A DNA stretch of 64,000 nt from positions 1 through 64,000 of the IMG/VR virus record IMGVR_UViG_3300035126_000631; one strand, 5' to 3'. The stretch is from a virus. The notes beneath the pieces are model-generated. The model did no database searches and was not told the DNA's origin. It saw only the letters and a program-made list of their open reading frames with translations. Each line of letters begins with the position of its first letter. Positions within the stretch are counted from its first letter, which is position 1. The position numbers and the translations under genes are program-made. Shown here piece by piece: positions 37,422 to 47,091 of the stretch.

Positions 37422-38450
37422 TTATCTGGTTGTGGAGTTATTACTCAAGCGGCAAGTGAGGTCGTGGAAGGCGACGGCGGCGCACTGGGGCACAACGCCG
37501 TTTCCTGCCAGACGTAACTCGTCCCAGCGCGAATCGCAGGACACGCACAACTCGGCATAAGCCAGCCGATTGGCAGTCCCATCAAGGCTTCGCAAAACCT
37601 CGGATTCAGCTTGGCCTTCACCAGATAGCCACCCTCGGCCTGACTCACATCCTGCCCGAGTGACTTCTGCTTTCTGCCGACCGCCATCCCAGCTTTGCCG
37701 TCCCCCGCGTTCGGTGTCGCCCAGCAAGACTCGGGGTGGTTCCCAGTCATGCTGCTCTTCGCCCGGACGGGCGGGCCAAGGATGCCCCCCTCCCGATAGG
37801 CTTGGACTGCCACATCCAAGGTGTCCATCGAGAGCTTCCCGTTCCGTATGCGGCCCCCTTGGTAGCCACCCTTCGAGTCCCGCGCCGAGGCGGTGGGCCA
37901 GGATAAAGACCCTGCGTCGTTGGTGAGGCGCTCCCGCATCGACTGACGCCGAGTATAGTCCCGCCTCTGCTCGGTAACCCACGCGCTCCAATTCTCGGAG
38001 GACATGGAGCAGAACCGGAGTGCCGGCAGGGTCGCTCCACCCGTCTCCCTTGAGCTTGGCCGAGACGATGCCTTCGACGTTCTCCAAGAAAACAGCGGTA
38101 GGTCGTGCTCGGCGGATGCCGTCGAGGATGAAGGGGAAGAGGTGTCTCGGGTCTTCATCTCCGGCGCGGACTCCGGCAGCACTGAATGGCTGACATGGAA
38201 AACCGCCCGAGATGATCGAGACTCCGGCGAACTCTTCCCAAGGGAAAGTGCGGAGATCAGGCCAGATCGGAGCCGCATCAAGTTGCCCGCCCTCCATGCG
38301 CGAGAGAAGTAACTCGCACGCGAAGGCTTCGATTTCACTGTAAGCGACTGTCCGCAGACGTTCGCCAACGACTCTACGGATTCCGAGGTCAAGACCTCCA
38401 TATCCGGTGCATAGACTGATGTGTGTGATGGTAGGATCCACATGGTTCAT
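37422..38450 (-). CDS. C5-cytosine DNA methyltransferase, main frame (motifs I-VIII and X)
   Basis: SLCTGYGG, SEIE, GGFPCQPFS, FLENVEG, APHQRRRVFI, LAGNGVVP. Confidence 0.9.
   Translation of the reverse strand: MNHVDPTITHISLCTGYGGLDLGIRRVVGERLRTVAYSEIEAFACELLLSRMEGGQLDAAPIWPDLRTFPWEEFAGVSIISGGFPCQPFSAAGVRAGDEDPRHLFPFILDGIRRARPTAVFLENVEGIVSAKLKGDGWSDPAGTPVLLHVLRELERVGYRAEAGLYSASVDAGAPHQRRRVFILAHRLGAGLEGWLPRGPHTEREALDGHLGCGSPSLSGGGHPWPARPGEEQHDWEPPRVLLGDTERGGRQSWDGGRQKAEVTRAGCESGRGWLSGEGQAESEVLRSLDGTANRLAYAELCVSCDSRWDELRLAGNGVVPQCAAVAFHDLTCRLSNNSTTR
37445..38443 (-). CDS. overlapping alternative-frame MTase partner (TRD-like repeats plus motif IX)
   Basis: WPTASARDSKG, WATPNAGDGK, LNPRFCEALMGLPIGW; open for 332 codons inside the MTase gene. 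Confidence 0.7.
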   Translation of the reverse strand: MWILPSHTSVYAPDMEVLTSESVESLANVCGQSLTVKSKPSRASYFSRAWRAGNLMRLRSGLISALSLGKSSPESRSSRAVFHVSHSVLPESAPEMKTRDTSSPSSSTASAEHDLPLFSWRTSKASSRPSSRETGGATLPALRFCSMSSENWSAWVTEQRRDYTRRQSMRERLTNDAGSLSWPTASARDSKGGYQGGRIRNGKLSMDTLDVAVQAYREGGILGPPVRAKSSMTGNHPESCWATPNAGDGKAGMAVGRKQKSLGQDVSQAEGGYLVKAKLNPRFCEALMGLPIGWLMPSCACPAIRAGTSYVWQETALCPSAPPSPSTTSLAA

Positions 38451-41400
38451 TTGGTGTATGGAGTTATTACTCTACTCCGACATAGACTTGTCGGGTGTAG
38501 AACGTGTTGTTGCTATGGAGTTCGCGGTCGCCGATCTTGCCCAAGGCTTCGATGTCCGCCGCCAAGGCATCCGCCGTGGCCGCGTCTTTCTTGTCCTCGA
38601 TGCAGCGATCCCACCGCCCGGCCACCGGATCGTAGTCGGGGTTGTCGTGCTTGTGCGTCAGGATGTGGACGCAGTATGCCTCCTCCTTGCAGCCCCAAGC
38701 CTCGGGGTCGAGCGGGTGAATGGTGACGAAGCGGATGCTGATCGGGTGACGCTGCACCGCTTCAAGGATCTTGGTTCGTAGGTTCATGTTACTTGGTTCC
38801 TTTCTATTTGGATGAAGACAGACTGTCTTCGAGTTCACCGACTTTGATTTCCAACTTGTCGTAAAGTGACGACAGTTGCTTGGCAGTTTCCGAATCTCCT
38901 CCGGCGTAGGCGTCAGCCAGATAAATGGCTTCGGATGCCAACGTCATTGCTTCATGGAGGTGCTTCATGGCGGTTGCTGCATGGTTCATGTTACTTGGTT
39001 CCTTTCTGGTTATTGTTCGATTTCTGAAACGTCCCGCTCTTCGATGCTGCACGGGAACTCGGTGATGTTGCCGTTGAGGAACAACTCTTCCGCTTCCTCG
39101 GCGGAGTCGGCTTCAACGTGGTAGTGGGCTACTTCTCGGATTAGGTATTTCATATGGTGTTTCCTTTCTGGTTGGTTGTTATTTGAGTGCCTCGGCGAGT
39201 TCGTTCTCGTTGCCCATGAGCGCAGCGAGTTTCTCCACCGCGTCTGTGAGGCTGATGATCTGCTCATCAGTAGCCTCTTGCTCGTCAGCGACCTCGGCCT
39301 TACTGCCGTCGAGAACGCCGGAGCATCCCTCTCCATCAGACCAGATGTAGACCCCCGCACCATGCAGGGCGTCTATGGTCTCGCCGTCTGTGCTCTCCAA
39401 GAGGTTGGAGACTGGCGTGTAGACCGCCGCAGCGGCGATGCGCTTGGCTTGTTCTTCGGATTCCGCTGCGACATCGAGGGCGATGACTGCGGGGATATGG
39501 ACTCTGTATTCTTTCTTCATGTGTATGTTTCCTTTCTGTTATGGTTTTATTACTTGGACGCACGCCTCACCTCTTCACATCGAAGTAGGTCGTGGATGTC
39601 CGATAGAACGGAGGACACTGCATCCTTAACTCTCTTCGGCGGTCTGACATCATCCCCGAAATCGAAGCTCGGGCCTTTGGCATATCGGTAATACGGCTCG
39701 GGTATGTCGTCTTCGCCGACCTCTTTGTAGACCCTGACGAGGTATTGCTCCCAACTCGGGAGTGTGACGTAGATGTCCACATCCACATACTCCTCGATGT
39801 TGTCGATGAGTTTATACTCAAGCAGGAGTCCGTCTTCAGTTTCCTTGGTTGTCGTTTCGTATTTGCTACTCACGGTGTTTAGTTCCTTTCTTATTATGGG
39901 TTTATGATTTGGTCGCACGGGCGATAGCCTCGTCGACGATGTTGGCCGTGCCTCCGATCTCATCCTTCACATCTTCCAGCCGCCCATCAGCAGCGGCATC
40001 GAGACAAGTCAGGGCCAAGCGCAGTGCGTCGAGCATCGCCGGTGCAGCAGCAACCAAGTTGACTGTCGCTTGCCATCCCTTGTCGGAGAGGCAGGCAGCC
40101 TTGTGGTCGGTGTCGGAGACTTCGTCGGGACGAACCCGATGCAGCGTGGCAATATCCAATCCATCCTCATTGCAGAGGAAGGAGCAGTTGTTGTCGCTCG
40201 CTTCAACATGGGCGAAGGCTCGGTCTTCGCGATTGCCGTGAAGAACGCAGTCGTCGGAAGGGCAGGGGTATTTCCACTTGCCGCCATCTTCGCGTCCGCA
40301 TTCAGGACAGGGTTGGTTGAGTGTAGTCATTAGTATTGGTTCCTTTCTTGTTGTGGGTTTATTACTGCTTCGCCAACTTGATCGCCTCGGTGAGGACATG
40401 GACTCGGGCGTCGAGCATATCCTGTGACGGGAAACAATCCTCATTGGTGGCATCCTGCTTGCACCACGCGAGGGCTTCACGCAGCACGTTGCAGAGTTTC
40501 TTGTGACGCTTCTCGACTTCGTAGATGCCTGGAACGACATCCTCGTCGATGAGGTCGAGGCCGTTCTCTACTTGGATCGCGTCCGCCGGATTGCTGCAAT
40601 AGAACGATGCAGCCTCGGCGGCGAGCTTAAGTTGGTTAATCATTTCGGATGTTGGTTTCATTGGGTTCCTTTCGTTGGTTGTTTAATCCTGACACTCCGC
40701 CGGCAACTCCAGGTCGCCGCACTCACGCTCCGAGTCGCAATCGCGACAGGTCAGCGAGAACTCATTGGTGTGTTGCTTCTCGCAGCACACGCACTCGTAA
40801 CTCGGTTCAGGGTTCATAGGTCGAACGTGTGATGCTCCATGTCCGACTCGCACAGGAGCTTGAAGACCGCCGCATCGTTGCCGTGAGGCCCGTAGGGGTC
40901 AGGGTCGTCCAAGCGCAGATGCTCGGTGTGGGTGTATGCCTTGCCGTTGGGGGCAAGGATGTGAACCTCGGCGTTCGAACCATCGGTGCAGACGTAGAGG
41001 GTGGATTCGGTGTCGATCTCAATCATGGTTTTGGTTTCCTTTCGTTGTTGGTTGTTTAATCCTCAATGCCGACTGCTTCTTTGTAAGCATCCTCAATGTC
41101 GGAGAGGCGTTCTTTGAACTCCTCCAGCATTTCCCTGCGGGAGTCGTAGCCGATGTCTTTATATGACTGTCCGTTGAGTAGATCGCATACGTCGAAGTAG
41201 CACTGCTGAATGTCGGCCAGTCGGTTTCCCTGTATTCCCATATTGATGTTCCTTTCTATTTGTCGTGTTGGTTGTTCGGGTCTTTGACCCACTCGATGTC
41301 GATGCCTAACTCGGTCAGCGCGTCGAGGTCGCGATGATCGATGGTGGTCTTTCCGGTCAGACGTTGGACATAAGGGCCAAGGTGTCCGGTCGGATAGATG

Positions 41401-41622
41401 CTCTGGCGTCCGTAGACGCTGCGCTCGAATAGTTGCAGTCTCATGGTTCCATTTCCTTTCGTTTGTTGTTGCAGACTTGCACCAGCATCTCTTGCGTGAT
41501 GTGCATCCCGCATGGTGCTGTGTAGTCGATTGGTTGATCGGGGAATTCGGAACTCGTCACTCGTTCGCCGTCGAACAAGACGCGCACTTTCTCCCCCGCA
41601 ATGTTGAGCGTGATCGGTTCCA

Positions 41623-42192
41623 TCAGTTCCTCCCGCTCATCTGCTTCCACGTTGCCAAGTCGAACTCGGCAAACGTCATGGCAGGGAACATCTCGCGCAC
41701 CTTGCGCTTGGCCCGTGCCTCGATGTTCAAGTATTTCGGCGACAGCTTGTCGGGTGTGGTTGCTGGAATGCCGCGCAGCTTGGCGACCTTGCGGAGCCAA
41801 CGCAGAATGTGAACGTCGAGCACGACATACTCCTGATGCGGTCTGCTGTGCAGCAGAAACATCCGCGCCGTCTTATGGCCGATGCCGTGGATCGACAGTA
41901 GATCGTGCAGCGAACAGCCGCGCAGATCCAAGTCGAGCACGGCACTCGTTGCGGGGATCGTCCGTTCCTCGTAAGGGCCGAGGCCGATGTGGCGCATGAT
42001 GTCGCCGATCCGGTTGCGGTGCTGGCGCAACTCGGCGAACGGACTCGGGTTGCCGAGGTAGGTCAACAGATCGTTGACCTTCGTCGCTGCGAGGTCTGAT
42101 TTCTTCCCTGCCACGGCAATGCAGAAGAGCATGAACTCTTCGAGTTGCTCGTCGGTGCGGTGGTAGTTGGTGACTTCGGTGGGTATAATCAT
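41623..42192 (-). CDS. HhH-GPD superfamily DNA glycosylase (Ogg2-like)
   Basis: LLSIHGIGHKTARMFL HhH motif with Lys; VVLDVHILRWL with Asp; FDL..W tail. Confidence 0.75.
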   Translation of the reverse strand: MIIPTEVTNYHRTDEQLEEFMLFCIAVAGKKSDLAATKVNDLLTYLGNPSPFAELRQHRNRIGDIMRHIGLGPYEERTIPATSAVLDLDLRGCSLHDLLSIHGIGHKTARMFLLHSRPHQEYVVLDVHILRWLRKVAKLRGIPATTPDKLSPKYLNIEARAKRKVREMFPAMTFAEFDLATWKQMSGRN

Positions 42193-44585
42193 ATTAGTTC
42201 CTTTCTTGTGTGGGGTTATTACAAAGCCTCATCGAATTCGATGGGTAGGGTGAGTTGCGGGTCGGCTTGCTCTTTCCGGGCAAGCTGGACGAGGTGCGCG
42301 TGACGCAAGACGAGTGAAGAGAGGCGCAATGCCGCCTCGATGTCGTAGTCGTGGGTCGCATTGAAGTGCGCCGCCGACTCAAGGATCAGTGATTTGTTCA
42401 TGTGGTTTCCTTTCTGTTTGGTTAAGCGGCCTCGCACGAAACGCTTCGCGCAAAAGCCAAGACTTGTTCCGGCGTGTCCAAGACAAAGTGAACAGTCGGG
42501 GTGGAGTTGTCTGCCGGATCGCCGTCGATATGCCAGATCTCCGACCTCTCATTGCTGATGTGCCGGATGCTGACATGGATCCGGTCGCCGACTTCGGGGA
42601 CGCTGGCATCCTCAAATGCGGTGAGCATGATCTCGGTGTTCCAGTTCTCGTCGGTGAACTCGGGGTATCGATGGGTGACGAGGGCATCGCAGCCCCCGCC
42701 AGTCCCGATCTTGCAGAACCCGCACTTGCGGAGTTCTTCGTGTAGTTCTTCGGTTGTCATGTTGGTTCCTTTCTATTTGGTTAGTTCGGTGACGACGTAA
42801 TCGTTCTTCACTCGGGAGTCCTTGAGGATGTCGCGGATGTCGTCCTTGGTGAACGCAGTCGTGGCATACGCTTGCACTTGGTAGTCGTCACCCTCCGAAG
42901 GATGAATCCACGCAGACAAGCGGTGCTTGTATCCCTGCCGGATCATCTTGGCATCCAACGCCGCTTGCTCCTTGGCTTTCTTCGCTTCGATCTTGGCCCA
43001 CTCGCGTTGGAACTTTGCGGCCCGCTTGGCGTAGCTCTTCTCCTTGCGCTCCAACTTGGCGATGCCTTTGCCGTCGATGAACTCGGCAAGCAACTCTTTG
43101 GCTCGCTTGTTGAAGTCCTCCTTGTCGATGGTCTTGTCGCGCAGGAACTCGGACTCGGCATTACAAGCGCCATTACGGAGCGCGACTTTCAACTGCAAGC
43201 CGTAGCCCGCATACATATTGGAACATGGGCTGATCTCGTAGTAAACGGACTGCCCTTTGCGTGTGTATTTCTTCATGTGTTTTCCTTTCGTTGTCCGGTG
43301 ATCGGACTAATCATTGGTGATAGTGGTTTTCGGTGTGACGCCTTCGTTCTCCATCCACGCAAACAAGCGGGGTTCGAGGTCGGCGAGTTTGTCGGAGATG
43401 AACGAGTCGTTCTCGAGGACGAGCATATATTTGCCGTTGTCGGTCTCCTCGATGATGTAGTTGGCATACGGCTCCACCGGATCGTGGATGCCGTTGTAAA
43501 CCCATGCGACCATTGGGCCATCAGGGTTCTTGAACTCGTCCTTCGGGAACGTGTGCAGTTGTTTCGGGTATGTTTTCATTTGACCTCCCATTTGATTTCT
43601 TCAGTTAGCTTCACGACTTCCGACCAATCGTTCGTCGCAAGCAGTGTCTTCATCTCGTTCTCACCAGCGTGAGGAGTGAGCAGCACTACGGCATAGCGAA
43701 ACCCTTGGTCGCCGTTCTCGCGTAGTGACGGGTCTTTGTAATCGACGAAGACCATGAGCGTCTTCGGGTGAACAGCACCCGCGTCGATCTCTCGTGCGAT
43801 ACTCGGACACGCATCGTGGCTCCACGACGAGTCGTTGAATCCTTCCAACTCTGGAAGGGTGTCGTCGTAATCAGGGAACATTACTTTGTATTTTGGTTTC
43901 ATATTCAGTTTCCTTTCTGTGGTAGGTTTGCTTCTTCGATCCCCAGCCAAGACCAACGCTCCAAGGTGCGCTTGTATCCGGTGGGCTTTTCTTTCGTGCT
44001 GCTCAAGCTGGCGATGATGCTGTCGGCATACTCGCACAGCGTGTCGGTGTCGGTGTCGATGGGTAGCCCTGTGCAGTAGGACGCATCGTCCAGTCCCTCC
44101 CAATCGCTGTTGGCGTTTTCGCGCCAGTCGATTGAGAAGCGCAAGAGCGGCGTATCGTCTGGATCTTCATCGTTGTAGTCGCCGCTCCATCCCTCGCCGA
44201 TGTCCTCCCAAACGAAGCGGATGTTGTCTTTGATTACTTCGATGTCGGTGAATGGTGGATATGTTTTCATATTCAGTTTCCTTTCTTTAGTTGTTGAGTT
44301 TGGGATGCTGCTGCACCCACTTCAGTTCCTTGTGCGCCTTACTCATCTCAAGCATGACGCACAGTTTCCGCCACGCCTTGCGGGCATGGTCGTTGGCAAT
44401 ACCGAATTGCCTCTCGTCGAGAGCGTGCGAGGCACGCTCCATCTCCGCATCGGCACAATCGAAGTGCTCCACGATGCACGCTTCATGCTGCATGATGCGG
44501 TAATCCAGCCACGGGATCATCGTGCCGCCCGTCTCGATCGGCTTGAGTAGTGTCCTGCTCATAGGTCAGTTGTCCGGTGACCGGA

Positions 44586-45704
44586 CTACACGATGCCGTC
44601 GAGAAGACGCTGGCTCTGCGGGATGAAGCTGCTCATACCCTGCAACTGTTCGAGTTCCTCTTCCGCCGTCAGATCGACCTCGCGCATCGTGGCGTAGGTC
44701 GCCAGATCGTCGTCGAGGTTGTGCTGCGTCAGACCAATGTCCTCGGAACGTGCGGCCAAGCCGTCATACTTTCCGCTCGGCACTGTGACTGTGCTGTATG
44801 CACCTTCGGACTTCTTCTCGAAGCGGAACTCCGAGAGCTTGGGCTGCGAACCTCGGGGGCCGGAAGCCCATGAGGTGTCGATGGGGGCAAGGCTGCGACC
44901 GAGGCTGGCCGAAGCGTATTGCGACTCGCGGCTGGTCGTGTCGCCGTGCAGCCAGCGACTCACCTTGGGATCGCCGCCGTTCTTCGGGAACTCCAACCAT
45001 GACCAGTCGTCGATGGCGAAGGCTTCGAGCGACTTGCAACGCCACGCATCGCCGATCGCTTCGACAATCTCCGGCTTCGTGCCGAAGATCCAGCGACCTT
45101 TCTTGGTGATGCCAGCATACAACGACGCCATCGAATCGACGGCGACGATGAGCTTGCCGCTCGGGGCGAGGGCGAGGAACGCAGCGTAGCCCGTGATGTG
45201 CATCATGGCTTCCCGCTGTTTCTCCGGATCGCCAGCGTTGTCGGTCAACGCATAGAGCAAGTGCTGCGAATCGCACGTTGCCTTGTTGTGGTGCTTGGTC
45301 TGCTTGCCGTGCCAAGTGACCACGCCATTGTGGGCCAACGACCAGCCGTCATGCCGGAACGGGTGCGTGTTGCCAAGGTTCACGGCACACGTTGCAGTGC
45401 GTCCGTGGACGATGGTGGACTTCATCCGGTTGTAGTATCCGGTCTGCTCGAACCGCTTGCTGGCGGCGAAGGCGGAGAAGCCGTCTCCCGCGAGCTTGGA
45501 CAACTGGGGCAACGCATCGAGCGTGCGGAAGTCATCGGGTTTCACATAGCGACCGCGCAGACCATTGGGTCCGGCTTGGGCGAAACCGAAGCCGTGACGC
45601 TCGGTTCTGCCGATTGCTTCTGCCGCTGCGACAAGGGCTTTGTCGGCGGAGTGTCGGGTCAAAGGCGAGGCTTTGCTCGCTGTCCATCCTGCTAATTTAC
45701 ACAT
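44586..45704 (-). CDS. class II (Ntn) glutamine amidotransferase-like protein
   Basis: N-terminal MC, HGFG, HGRTAT, NTHPF, AHNGVV, CDSQ. Confidence 0.85.
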   Translation of the reverse strand: MCKLAGWTASKASPLTRHSADKALVAAAEAIGRTERHGFGFAQAGPNGLRGRYVKPDDFRTLDALPQLSKLAGDGFSAFAASKRFEQTGYYNRMKSTIVHGRTATCAVNLGNTHPFRHDGWSLAHNGVVTWHGKQTKHHNKATCDSQHLLYALTDNAGDPEKQREAMMHITGYAAFLALAPSGKLIVAVDSMASLYAGITKKGRWIFGTKPEIVEAIGDAWRCKSLEAFAIDDWSWLEFPKNGGDPKVSRWLHGDTTSRESQYASASLGRSLAPIDTSWASGPRGSQPKLSEFRFEKKSEGAYSTVTVPSGKYDGLAARSEDIGLTQHNLDDDLATYATMREVDLTAEEELEQLQGMSSFIPQSQRLLDGIV

Positions 45705-45759
45705 GGTATTTGTTTCCTTTCGTTATGGTTGATGTTGTTTGTCCGGTGATCGGACTAGT

Positions 45760-47091
45760 TCACTGATCGTCCGTGCTGCAAACGGCAGTCACGGCTTGGC
45801 GCGGCATCCGGCGGTAGCCGGACAAGCGCGTGTCGGAAGCGTCGAACTGACGCACGAACTCGTCGCACTTGACCGCCCCGTAGCGGTCAACACTGCGCGA
45901 GGTGTTGTTGATGGTGCGGACTTTGGCCTTCATCGCTTTGATGATGTCCTTGAGCGTCTCCGGCTCATGGATCGCGGCCCACCGATAGAACGATGCCCAC
46001 GCTTGCGGCGCGGTTTCGTTGGTGACGGACGCCTCGGGCGTCACGTTGTCCTCGCTCCACCGGGCGATGGCTTGCATGAGGGCGGCACGCATCCGCCACT
46101 CGCTCGGCTTGCGACTCGTCGGCCACAAGCGGACTTCGATCGTGCCGAGTCGCTCGAACTGGGCGGCACTGACCGCCGAATACTTGCGACCCAAGGCGTC
46201 ATCCCAATTCTCGCAGCAAGCGTTGACCGCACACCAACGAGAGCGGCGGCGGGTCAACGGCGCAAGATACCGGAACCATGACAAGTGGTAACGCAACGAG
46301 TAGTAGACGGCTTGGCCGTAGTCCTCGGCACGTTTGCAGTTGATGTGGATGTGACCGCCGTTGCGCTCGATCGAACCGAGGTTGCTGACCAAGTTGCAAG
46401 CGACATCGGGCAACTTCTGCGTGATGCGGAAGCGGATCTCATGCTGACCGCCGCCATCGCGACCGACATCCCAGTAGGGTTTCTGGTAGCTGCGGATGCG
46501 GTTGGTGCTGACGCTGCGTCCGGTCGGCGTGGTCTTGTAACCATGCAAGCCAGTCGCTTCCAACTCACCACTGCACTCGTAGAGCGGAAGCCGATCCCAA
46601 TACTCCGGAGTCAGAGGCTCGGGGAGCATCTGCTTGATCTTGGACTTCTCGATCGACTTGAGGAACTGACCGACTCCCTTGACGACCTCACGCTGATTTG
46701 CAGATCCGAACCAGTCGTTGCCGAAGTGACAGCGGATGCGCTCGATGAGATCCTGCAACGTGCCGCCATCCTTGCGGAAGGTGCGACGATACAGCTTGCG
46801 ATGCCGGAGACATCCGACGATGACCGAAGCCACGCCGCGCAGATGCCGACGCTGACGCTCGGCCCGCTCGTCGCGGTAACGCCGATAGACTCGTTCATAA
46901 GCCCTCTTGAGCACCGCCTTGTCGTCGTAATTGAGGACGTAGTAGTTCGGTGCCGAGTCGAGCGTGACCGGACTGTCCTTGGACTTCGCCCAGTTGTTGC
47001 GGAGATACCAATAGGCATACCGACCATCCTCCGAGAGATGCATCGGCTTCGATGCGACCTCGGCCAGTTGTAGTGTGGAGTTATTACTCAT
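45760..47091 (-). CDS. putative amidoligase (glutamine synthetase/COOH-NH2 ligase fold)
   Basis: GELE, DGGG.HEIR, NGGHIHIN, KYSAVS, GTIEVRL; adjacent to the GATase. Confidence 0.7.
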   Translation of the reverse strand: MSNNSTLQLAEVASKPMHLSEDGRYAYWYLRNNWAKSKDSPVTLDSAPNYYVLNYDDKAVLKRAYERVYRRYRDERAERQRRHLRGVASVIVGCLRHRKLYRRTFRKDGGTLQDLIERIRCHFGNDWFGSANQREVVKGVGQFLKSIEKSKIKQMLPEPLTPEYWDRLPLYECSGELEATGLHGYKTTPTGRSVSTNRIRSYQKPYWDVGRDGGGQHEIRFRITQKLPDVACNLVSNLGSIERNGGHIHINCKRAEDYGQAVYYSLRYHLSWFRYLAPLTRRRSRWCAVNACCENWDDALGRKYSAVSAAQFERLGTIEVRLWPTSRKPSEWRMRAALMQAIARWSEDNVTPEASVTNETAPQAWASFYRWAAIHEPETLKDIIKAMKAKVRTINNTSRSVDRYGAVKCDEFVRQFDASDTRLSGYRRMPRQAVTAVCSTDDQ

